Below are positions 44,601 to 55,900 of a stretch of DNA of 64,000 bases, piece after piece. Source of the stretch: Macrostomum hystrix (lineage: Eukaryota > Animalia > Platyhelminthes). The translations under genes were made by a program, and so were the position numbers. Numbering within the stretch: the first letter of the stretch is position 1; each line of letters opens with the position of its first letter. The notes beneath the pieces were generated by a model. The model worked only from the letters and a program-made list of their open reading frames with translations. It was not told where the DNA came from and searched no databases. The stretch spans positions 31,372,001 to 31,436,000 of the forward strand of contig CATNEN010000038.1 of the NCBI GenBank assembly GCA_950097015.1, in the 5' to 3' direction.

Positions 44601-47600
44601 GACAGAAACATTGGGGAAGAAACAGCCAACTAAAAGACAGAAACCTTGGGGTAGAAACAGCCAACTAAAAGACAGAAACCTTGGGGTAGAAACAGCCAAC
44701 TAAAAGACAGAAATCTTGGGGTAGAAACAGCCAACTAAAAGACAGAAACCTTGGGGAAGAAACAGCCAACTAAAAGACAGAAACATTGGGGAAGAAACAG
44801 CCAACTAAAAGACAGAAACCTTGGGGAAGAAACAGCCAACTAAAAGACAGAAATCTTGGGGAAGAAACAGACAACTAAAAGACAGAAACCTTGGGGAAGA
44901 GACAGCCAACTAAAAGACAGAAACCTTGGGGTAGAAACAGCCAACTAAAAGACAGAAACCTTGGGGAAGAAACAGCCAACTAAAAGACAGAAATCTTGGG
45001 TTAGAAACAGCCAACTAAAAGACAGAAATCTTGGGGTAGAAACAGCCAACTAAATGACAGAAACCTTGGGGAAGAAACAGCCAACTAAAAGACAGAAATC
45101 TTGGGTTAGAAACAGCCAACTAAAAGACAGAAACCTTGGGGAAGAAACAGCCAACTAAAAGACAGAAACCTTGGGGAAGAAACAGCCAACTAAAAGACAG
45201 AAACCTTGGGGAAGAAACAGCCAACTAAAAGACAGAAACCTTGGGGAAGAAACTGCCAACTAAAAGACAGAAACCTTGGGGAAGAAACAGCCAACTAAAA
45301 GACAGAAACCTTGGGGAAGAAACAGCCAACTAAAAGACAGAAACCTTGGGGAAGAAACAGCCAACTAAAAGACAGAAATCTTGGGGTAGAAACAGCCAAC
45401 TAAAAGACAGAAATTGTGGGGTAGAAACAGCCAACTAAAAGACAGAAATTGTGGGGTAGAAACAGCCAACTAAAAGACAGAAATTGTGGGGTAGAAACAG
45501 CCAACTAAAAGACAGGAAATCTAAAATGTAACCCAGAAATAATTTCCATTTACCCTAACTAATTATGCACGCAGGTACAAACGGTACCTGAGATATCCGC
45601 ACGGACCCAACCCCGCCCCAGTGTGTCTGCAGTACTCAAACATGGGCGAATCAAGCTCGGCTGGAATGGAAGGCTCGGTAGATTGTCTCTACCTGGACGT
45701 GGCAACTCCGGCTTCGCTGCCAGGAGACAGCCTACCAACCATAGTGCTCATAGCCAGCCTGCTGAGTATCTACACGCCCAGTAGCCTGCTGTTAGACCCG
45801 CCTGACAGTCTGGTTAGTGGCGGTGTGTTTGTCTCCGTTCGACATCGGGTGGGTCCGCTGGCCTACTTCACCAGCGTCGCACTGACTGACGAATCGCCAA
45901 TGAGGCTGGCTGGCAATTTGCCAATCACCGACTTGGCGGCGGCCCTGCAATGGCTGCGCATCAACGCCAGATCATTTGGAGGCTCGGCTGCCAATGTGAG
46001 GGGTAGACAGATTGGAGTGGCCGGGGTAGAAAGATTGGAGTGGCCGGGGTAGAAAGATTGGAGAGGCCGGGGTAGAAAGATTGGAGTGGCTGGGGTAGAA
46101 AGATTGGAATGGCTGGGGTAGAAAGATAAGTAAAGTGTAGAAAGACTAGGGAGGGGTAGAAAGTTCAGAGAGGGGTAGAAAGGGAAGTAGAAAGATTAAA
46201 GGGAAGAAAATTTGGAGAGTGGTAGAAATATAGTCGATAAGAGAAGTACGAGTGTAATGAGGGAGGAAAGATAACAAGGAGGGCAGAATGATGAGAACAT
46301 AAATTTTAACGAGAGTAGAGCCAGATTAAGGAAGGCAGCAAAGAAAGTACTTTAAAGTTTATTTTTTCGGCATAGCAAAATACAAGCTGGGGTAATTTTA
46401 GTCGGCCCTACTCAAGAACGCAGTGAGGCGGTAAGAAAAGTTTTAACCCGACCTAAAAATAGTTGAGCCTTAAAAAATTGGAAATTGAAAGATGAAAAAC
46501 TCTTTAAAGCCTATAAATTTGACCAGTAATAAAAATTTTCTTTGCAAAACGGTATCATTTTGTCTCCATAGGGAGAATCGAACCCCCGACGTTGAAAGCT
46601 GTAATTTATAATTTTGCTCCAGGTCGTTCTAGTCGGCCACGGTTCTAGCGCTTCTGTGGCGCTGAGCATGGCTCTATCCGGACATCACGATGATCTGTTT
46701 CACAAGCTTTGGCTGTCAAGTCCGCCACTCAACGTTGAGCAGAGTCTGGACTCGGCTGTTCAGATGGACGCCGGGTGAGAGCGGATGGGGAAATTTAATC
46801 AGTCTATGAGAGGAGACTTACTTTGCTGCGGATGTAAAGGCGTCCCTAACTAATTAGGAAAAGTACTGAAGTAGGGGAAACGGAGAGCAAAGAAGTAGAG
46901 AAGAATTGGGAAGCAAAATAGGTTGGGAAGAACGACTAAAGAATTAGGGAAGTAAGAGAAGTATGGCTATGGGAGCAATTACATGCTGCCATAGAAGTAG
47001 GAAAGTAGGGAAGTAGGGAAATAAGGAAGTAGGGATTTAGGGAAGTATGGGATTTAGGGAAGTAGGGATTTAGGGAAGTATGGGATTTAGGGAAGTATGG
47101 GATTTAGGGAAGTATGGGATTTAGGGAAGTAGGGATTTAGGGAAGTATGGGATTTAGGGAAGTAGGGATTTAGGGAAGTATGGGATTTAGGGAAGTATGG
47201 GATTTAGGGAAGTATGGGATTTAGGGAAGTAGGGATTTAGGGAAGTATGGGATTTAGGGAATTAGGGATTTAGGGAAGTATGGGATTTAGGGAAGTAGGG
47301 ATTTAGGGAAGTAGGGATTCAGGGAAGTAGGGATTCAGGGAAGTAGGGATTTAGGGAAGTAGGGATTTAGGGAAGTAGGGATTTAGGGAAGTAGGGATTT
47401 AGGGAAGTAGGGATTTAGGGAAGTAGGGATTCAGGGAAGTAGGGATTTAGGGAAGTAGGGATTTAGGGAAGTAGGGATTTAGGGAAGTAGGGATTTAGGG
47501 AAGTAGGGATTTAGGGAAGTAGGGATTCAGGGAAGTAGGGATTTAGGGAAGTAGGGATTTAGGGAAGTAGGGATTTAGGGAAGTAGGGATTTAGGGAAGT

Positions 47601-50600
47601 AGGGATTAAGGGAAGTAGGGATTCAGGGAAGTAGGGAAGTAAGGGAAGTAGGGATTCAAGAAAGTAGAGAAGCAGTTTCGATGCAAGCTCTGTAGCGATT
47701 ACCCAACTCACCGCAGAACGGCGCCCTGCCTCCAAGCTTTATGTCGCAGCGTTCTAAACGGCAGCAGCTTCACAGCCAGCATCGACTGGTCTCGCCTCAC
47801 CGACACGCTGCGCGCCGACTTCTTCGACGTGCCAGCATTGGCTGGCCGACTGTCCAGTAGGCGCGGATTCGCAGTTAAGGACGACTTTCGGGTATCAGCT
47901 TCGCCCATCATTGCGGCATGGTCTCGGCCGCTGAATAAGCCGACGGTGCTGGGTGAGTGGGAGAGAATCATACAGTGATATAATCTAGATTAGAGAGTGG
48001 GATAAACAGTGAGACCATCTAGAATAGAGAGTGGGATAAACAGTGAGATCATCTAGATTAGAGAGTGGGATAAACAGTGAGATCATCTAGATTAGAGAGT
48101 GGGATAAACAGTGAGATCATCTAGATTAGAGAGTGGGATAAACAGTGAGATCATCTAGAATAGAGAGTGGGATAAACAGTGAGACCATCTAGATTAGAGA
48201 GTGGGATAAACAGTGAGACCATCTAGATTAGAGAGTGGGATAAACAGTGAGATCATCTAGATTAGACAGTGGGATAAACAGTGAGACCATCTAGATTAGA
48301 CAGTGGGATAAACAGTGAGATCATCTAGATTAGAGAGTGGGATAAACAGTGAGATCATCTAGATTAGAGAGTGGGATAAACAGTGAGATCATCTAGATTA
48401 GAGAGTGGGATAAACAGTGAGACCATCTAGATTAGAGAGTGGGATAAACAGTGAGACCATCTAGATTAGAGAGTGGGATAAACAGTGAGATCATCTAGAA
48501 TAGAGAGTGGGATAAACAGTGAGATCATCTAGAATAGAGAGTGGGATAAACAGTGAGATCATCTAGATTAGAGAGTGGGATAAACAGTGAGATCATCTAG
48601 ATTAGAGAGTGGGATAAACAGTGAGATCATCTAGATTAGAGAGTGGGATAAACAGTGAGATCATCTAGATTAGAGAGTGGGATAAACAGTGAGATCATCT
48701 AGATTAGAGAGTGGGATAAACAGTGAGATCATCTAGATTAGAGAGTGGGATAAACAGTGAGATCATCTAGATTAGAGAGTGGGATAAACAGTGAGATCAT
48801 CTAGATTAGAGAGTGGGATAAACAGTGAGATCATCTAGAATAGAGAGTGGGATAAACAGTGAGACCATCTAGATTAGAGAGTGGGATAAACAGTGAGACC
48901 ATCTAGATTAGAGAGTGGGATAAACAGTGAGATCATCTAGATTAGACAGTGGGATAAACAGTGAGACCATCTAGATTAGACAGTGGGATAAACAGTGAGA
49001 TCATCTAGATTAGAGAGTGGGATAAACAGTGAGATCATCTAGATTAGAGAGTGGGATAAACAGTGAGATCATCTAGATTAGAGAGTGGGATAAACAGTAA
49101 GACCATCTAGATTAGAGAGTGGGATAAACAGTGAGACCATCTAGATTAGAGAGTGGGATAAACGGTGAGCTCAGCTAGATTAGAGAGTGGGATAAACAGT
49201 GAGATCATCTAGATTAGAGAGTGGGATAAACAGTGAGACCATCTAGATTAGAGAGTGGGATAAACGGTGAGCTCAGCTAGATTAGAGAGTGGGATAAACA
49301 GTGAGACCATCTAGATTAGAGAGTGGGATAAACAGTGAGATCATCTAGATTAGAGAGTGGGATAAACAGTGAGACCATCTAGATTAGAGAGTGGGATAAA
49401 CAGTGAGATCATCTAGATTAGAGAGTGGGATAAACACTGAGCTCAGCTAGATTAGAGAGTGGGATAAACAGTGAGACCATCTAGATTAGAGAGTGGGATA
49501 AACGGTGAGCTCAGCTAGATTAGAGAGTGGGATAAACAGTGAGACCATCTAGATTAGAGAGTGGGATAAACGGTGAGCTCAGCTAGATTAGAGAGTGGGA
49601 TAAACAGTGAGACCATCTAGATTAGAGAGTGGGATAAACGGCGTTTAGATTGCCAATCGACTATTTGTCTAAGTCTATTTGTCTAGAAGCAAATCGAAAA
49701 ATTGTAATTTTTTGCTTTAGGGTCAATGCTGGAGGATTCAGCAATGTACTTTATTGACTCCACAACAAGGCACTGGCCTGAGAGTTACCTGTTAGATTAT
49801 ATCGATCACAGACTGTCAGCTGGCGGGGTCGATGCCATTGGAGTAGCCGCTCAGGCCACCGGATGGTATCGCGAATTAGGCTACTGGAACTCAAGTACAC
49901 CTGTGCTTCAGCGCTATGCTCAGGTAATTTAAATCGCCAAACGAAAACTACTTCGAGTAGTTTATTAGCAAGTTTTGTAAAAGAATTCGGTCAAATAGAT
50001 CAAATAGAAGTACAGAGATCGGAGGGGGAAATCGGAGAGGGGAGATCGGAGAGGGGGGGATCGGAGAGGGGAGATCGGAGAGGGGGAGATCGGAGAGGAG
50101 GAGATCGGAAAGGGGGGAGATCGGAGAGGAGGAGATCGGAGAGGGGGAGATCGGAGAGGAGGAGATCGGAGAGGGGAGATCGGAGAGGGGGAGATCGGAG
50201 AGGGGAGATCGGAGAGGAGGAGATCGGAAAGGGGGGAGATCGGAGAGGAGGAGATCGGAGAGTGGAGATCGGAGAGGAGGAGATCGGAGAGGGGAGATCG
50301 GAGAGGGGAGATCGGAGAGCGGGAGATCGGAGAGGGGGGGATCGGAGAGGGATAGAATAGGTCGATGGGAGAAAGATAAACAGGCAGGGAAGAAAAATGT
50401 GTAGTGTAGGGGTGAATCTTAATCATCCTCATTGTCCTGCCCGCAGGTTGTAACCGACCTACGTGTGACTTGTCCCCTATTGGAATTCACTAAGCGCCTA
50501 GTGAAAAGTTCCAATAGCAAAGCGAAGCTCTATCACTATCTGATGTCAACTAGGCCTGTTCAGGCTGTGATGCCGTACGCTTGGAGTTCGTTTCCTGTAC

Positions 50601-50869
50601 AGGCAGCTTTCGGCGGCTTTGACATGATGCAACTGCTGGGCAGGCAGGCGGCTAGCGCCGAGCAGACGGCTAATTGGCGAGCCGCATTCTTTGAGTTCGT
50701 TCTCACCGGACAGATTAATCGGTGGCGTGATTTTACTACGACTAGTCCAGTAGTCAACCTGGTGACGGACGGTCCAACAGTGACGCCTATGAAGGAAGCC
50801 AGGGCTGAACTATGCGATAGGTGGAGAGGAAAATTTCCCGATTTAGCCTACCGCGGCTGGTACACGTGA
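41620..50869 (+). CDS. Neurotactin-like non-catalytic carboxyl/cholinesterase-fold type II membrane protein; exons 41620-41820, 42831-43363, 45575-45995, 46623-46774, 47717-47952, 49721-49923, 50447-50869
   Basis: Cytoplasmic N-terminus, one TM segment (LVLLALIFALVAVAIVLIITLPIVLV), then FNGIPYARQP, GSVDCLYLDV, GNLPITDLAAALQWLRINARSFGG, elbow VLVGHGSSA lacking GxSxG, VVTDLRVTCP; phases consistent. Confidence 0.8.
41832..42815. repeat. ~19-bp intronic minisatellite (TCTAACAGGATCTAATATG and variants)
   Basis: Fills almost all of intron 41821-42830. Confidence 0.95.
43472..45514. repeat. 35-bp intronic minisatellite (AAACAGCCAACTAAAAGACAGAAACCTTGGGGAAG)
   Basis: About 58 units. Confidence 0.95.
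46000..46125. repeat. 23-bp array (GGGGTAGAAAGATTGGAGTGGCC) next to a donor site
   Basis: Read directly. Confidence 0.85.
47005..47657. repeat. 16-bp G-run minisatellite (TAGGGATTTAGGGAAG)
   Basis: Read directly. Confidence 0.95.
47984..49639. repeat. 34-bp intronic minisatellite (TCTAGATTAGAGAGTGGGATAAACAGTGAGACCA)
   Basis: About 48 units. Confidence 0.95.
50014..50350. repeat. ~14-bp GGAGATCGGAGAGG array
   Basis: Read directly. Confidence 0.9.
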
Positions 50870-50980
50870 AGGCCGAATTATCAATAGCGAAAAATGACGG
50901 CTAATTTTCAGATTGGCAGATTTTAATTTTAAATACGATGCAAGCACTGAATTATAAACCAATTTAAACGATGCAAAATA

Positions 50981-51264
50981 GATCACGTGATATAAGTCTG
51001 ATTAATTTTTCTCTTTTTTAGGTCACGTGATCTTCTTGATGCACACGGTCGATGGTAGATTTTAGGTCACGTGATAGTCGGACGATCGGGTGCGATTTGA
51101 TCACGTGATCTTCTGTTGCACACGATCGGTTGTAGATTTTAGGTCACGTGATAGTCGGACGATCGGGTGCGATTTGATCACGTGATCTTCTTGTTGCACA
51201 CGATCGGTTGTAGATTTTAAGTCACGTGATAATCAGATGATCTGATGCGATTAGGTCACGTGAT
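50981..51264. promoter_or_regulatory. ~77-bp tandem repeat carrying 8 TCACGTGA E-boxes
   Basis: (G/A)TCACGTGAT at about 50982, 51022, 51066, 51100, 51143, 51177, 51221 and 51255; regulatory function is inferred only. Confidence 0.5.
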
Positions 51265-52071
51265 ATTTTCGTTATATTGACAATGACAGCTTAGCAAAAG
51301 TAAAAGACTGTATTCCTTTTTTGTTTTATATATTTTACTTTGTGCAGAAATTTGTGAATGTTATTGTTGCAATAGCACGCGGCGCACGCTGGCTTGCTGC
51401 CTGCTAGCAGACGCCCGCGCCCCGGACACTGCCGGCGGCCCCGCGCACATTCGCGCCCAGGCCCTGAGGCACGCCTTCTGACGCTGCAATTTGATCTTGA
51501 CAGCGTACTTTGTTGTTGTTGTTGTTGCTGCAAGCTGTCATTTGAGGCTTATTTAACTAAAGAGTGCACAATCTGCTGTTATTTTTTTCTTTTTCCTTTC
51601 TAAAAATAGAAAAACTAATTGCAAAAATGTTCTGCAACTACTTATAGCTACGCGTTGAGTAGTATAAAGTTTACATAGACTTTTGTTTGAGATTAAAAAT
51701 ACTTGTATATTTCCATTCTTCTGATCTGTGATCTGAGACCGATTGTAATTACTTTAACTCCAAAATTATATTTTTTTATATCGTTTTTTCAGCAATTATC
51801 AGTTTTAGCGACACCACAACTAGTATTGAGTTTAAATAGGCATTAACAACAACGCACAAATGCACAATGTTTTTTTCCAATCATTTTTTCCAAAGCTGGT
51901 ACTTCCATAATCAAAACAACTGCCTTATATAGCTCGTAAGAAAATAAAAAAACTAGCTGTGCGGTTGAGTGCACAACTCACGAAACTGCGACGTACAGTA
52001 AGGCGCAACTGAGACTTGAAACATATTTTGTACTTTGACTTTGTCTGATTTTCTGTCAGTCAGTTAGTCAA

Positions 52072-52450
<379 letters not shown>

Positions 52451-52900
52451 CTGTTGATAGTGGCTGGTGTGAAAGAATCAAAAGAAGGAACGAGTGAGAG
52501 AGTAAAGTTACACGCAGATTGTGACTGTACAGTTGTGCTGTGCCAATCTAATGCATAAATTCTGCGACAGAATGAAAGGAAAGAAATAAGGCAAAAACTA
52601 GTGGATACAAATAAGTATAGACTCGCGGGCGCTGTGCACACCATTGTACACTCAGTAAAGGTTCTGCTATCTTTGTGCTAGCTTTACTCTTCAAACCCCT
52701 GGCCCTCATAGCAATGCCTCAGCAATGCTTCCAAGCAGGGTTGAACTGGGTTTTGTAAACCAAATTATATTTTGCAGAACAGGGCACGAAATATAAGTCT
52801 GCAATTTAGCTTATTTTAGTAGACTACATTTGCATGGTCTTTCATTTTGCTCTTTGAGACAGTTTTGGCTAGCAGAACTCTTGCTGAAGTTCAGGTCATT

Positions 52901-55900
52901 ATGTCGGGTGAGTAGAACTCATTGTTGGTCATTTTAATTTCTTATAAATGGTCAATACTTTACCCAATCAAGTCTCATTTTCTGTCTATTGTCCGAATAT
53001 TTTCCATTATCTCTTCTTTTTCTTACTTATTCTCTTGAGAATTTATTTTTATCCCCTATATACTCGTATACCAATTCTTTCAGGCAGGATATTTTTCATC
53101 GTATTGTCGGCATTGCATCTCATATCAGTTGGACAAGCCACTGTTCTACAGGTTGGCATCATCGAGGTGAGACAGCGATTATGTTCTCTACAGGGTGTTT
53201 AGATGCAACTATCACACCTACTTTCTCACAGAACTTCCCATTTGCCTCACCGATCTCACCCACTGTCTCACCGATCTGACTGACTGTCTCACCGATCTGA
53301 ATGACTGTCTCACCGATCTGACTGACTGTCTCACCGATCTGACTGACTGTCTCACCGATCTGAATGACTGTCTCACCGATCTGACTGACTGTCTCACCGA
53401 TCTGACTGGCTGTCTCACCGATCTGACTGACTGTCTCACCGATCTGACTGACTGTCTCACCGATCTGACTGGCTGTCTCACCGATCTGACTGACTGTCTC
53501 ACCGATCTGACTGGCTGTCTCACCGATCTGACTGACTGTCTCACCGATCGGACTGGCTGTCTCACCGATTTGACTGACTGTCTCACCGATCTGACTGACT
53601 GTCTCACCGATCTGACTGACTGTCTCACCGATCTGACTGACTGTCTCACCGATCTGACTGGCTGTCTCACCGATCTGACTGACTGTCTCACCGATCTGAC
53701 TGGCTGTCTCACCGATCTGACTGACTGTCTCACCGATCTGACTGACTGTCTCACCGATCTGAATGACTGTCTCACCGATCTGACTGACTGTCTCACCGAT
53801 CTGACTGACTGTCTCACCGATCTGAATGACTGTCTCACCAATCTGACTGGCTGTCTCACCGATCTGACTGACTGTCTCACCGATCTGACTGACTGTCTCA
53901 CCGATCTGAATGACTGTCTCACCGATCTGACTGACTGTCTCACCGATCTGACTGACTGTCTCACCGATCTGACTGACTGTCTCACCGATCTGAATGACTG
54001 TCTCACCAATCTGACTGGCTGTCTCACCGATCTGACTGACTGTCTCACCGATCTGACTGACTGTCTCACCGATCTGAATGACTGTCTCACCGATCTGACT
54101 GACTGTCTCACCGATCTGACTGACTGTCTCACCGATCTGACTGACTGTCTCACCGATCTGACTGACTGTCTCACCGATCTGACTGACTGTCTCACCGATC
54201 TGAATGACTGTCTCACCGATCTCACTCACTGTCTCACCGATCTCACTGACTGCCAATCCCGCCCGCGGCACTTCAACCCAGGCCGAAGGTTTCTGCAAAG
54301 TCACGCAGTCACCCAGCTCAAACATCACTGAGTACAGCGGGTTCATCCCTGACGTTGTGCGCCAAATCGGCTCCCAGCTGAATTTCGTGCCAAATTTTAG
54401 CCTGGTTGCTGATAAACAATATGGAGCATTCGAAGAGTCCACAGGGCTCTGGACGGGTCTTATCGGTGAAGTCATCAATAGGACTGTGGACTTTGCCGCT
54501 GCTCCGCTTACGGTACGTAGTACGCTTGTGACTAACGATTGGGAATAGATGAGACGCGGGAGACATGAGACACGGGAGACATGAGACACGGGAGACATGA
54601 GACACGGGAGAGATGAGACACGGGAGAGATGAGACACGGGAGACATGAGACACGGGAGAGATGAGACACGGGAGAGATGAGACACGGGAGAGATGAGACA
54701 CGGGAGACATGAGACACGGGAGAGATTAGACACGGGAGAGATGAGACACGGGAGAGATGAGACACGGGAGACATGAGACACGGGAGAGATGAGACACGGG
54801 AGAGATGAGACACGGGAGACATGAGACACGGGAGAGATAAGACTCAGAAGAGATGAGACACAAGAGACATGAGACACGGGAGAGATGAGACACGGGAGAG
54901 ATGAGACACGGGAGAGATGAGACACGGGAGACATGAGACACGGGAGAGATGAGACACGGGAGAGATAAGACTCAGAAGAGATGAGACACAAGAGACATGA
55001 GACACGGGAGAGATAAGACACGGGAGAGATAAGACTCAGAAGAGATGAGACACGGGAGACATGAGACACGGGAGAGATGAGACACGGGAGACATGAGACA
55101 CGGGAGAGATAAGACACGGGAGACATGACAAACGGGAGAGATAAGATTCAGGAGACATGAGACACGGGAGAGATGAGACACGGGAGAGATAAGACACGGG
55201 AGACATGACAAACGGGAGAGATAAGATTCAGGAGACATGAGACACGGGAGACATGAGACACGGGAGAGATGAGACACGGGAGAGATGAGACACGGGGAGA
55301 GATGAGACACGGGAGAGATGAGACACAGGGAGAGATGAGACACGGGAGAGATGAGACACGGGGAGAGATGAGACACGGGAGACATGAGACACGGGAGACA
55401 TGAGACACGGGAGACATGAGACACAGGAGAGATGAGACACGGGAGACATGAGACACGGGAGACATGAGACACGGGAGAGATGAGACACGGGAGACATGAG
55501 ACACGGGAGACATGAGACACGGGAGAGATGAGACACGGGAGAGATGAGACACGGGAGAGATGAGACACGGGAGAGATGAGACACGGGAGACATGAGACAC
55601 GGGAGAGATGAGACACGGGAGAGATGAGACACGGGGGAGATGAGACACGGGAGAGATGAGACACGGGAGACATGAGACACGGGAGAGATGAGACACGGGA
55701 GAGATGAGACACGGGGGAGATGAGACACGGGAGAGATGAGACACGGGGGAGATGAGACACGGGAGAGATGAGACACGGGAGAGATGAGACACGGGAGACA
55801 TGAGACACGGGAGAGATAAGACTCAGAAGAGATGAGACACAAGAGACATGAGACACGGGAGAGATGAGACACGGGAGAGATGAGACACGGGAGAGATGAG

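Noticed and set aside
47005-47657. Interstitial telomere
   Set aside because: TTTAGGG alternates with other sequence in a 16-bp unit, not a pure telomeric tract
53232-54281. Exon starting at acceptor 53231 (NFPFASPI...) with an in-exon repeat
   Set aside because: In-frame TGA in most units; the acceptor at 54281 gives a continuous S1 frame
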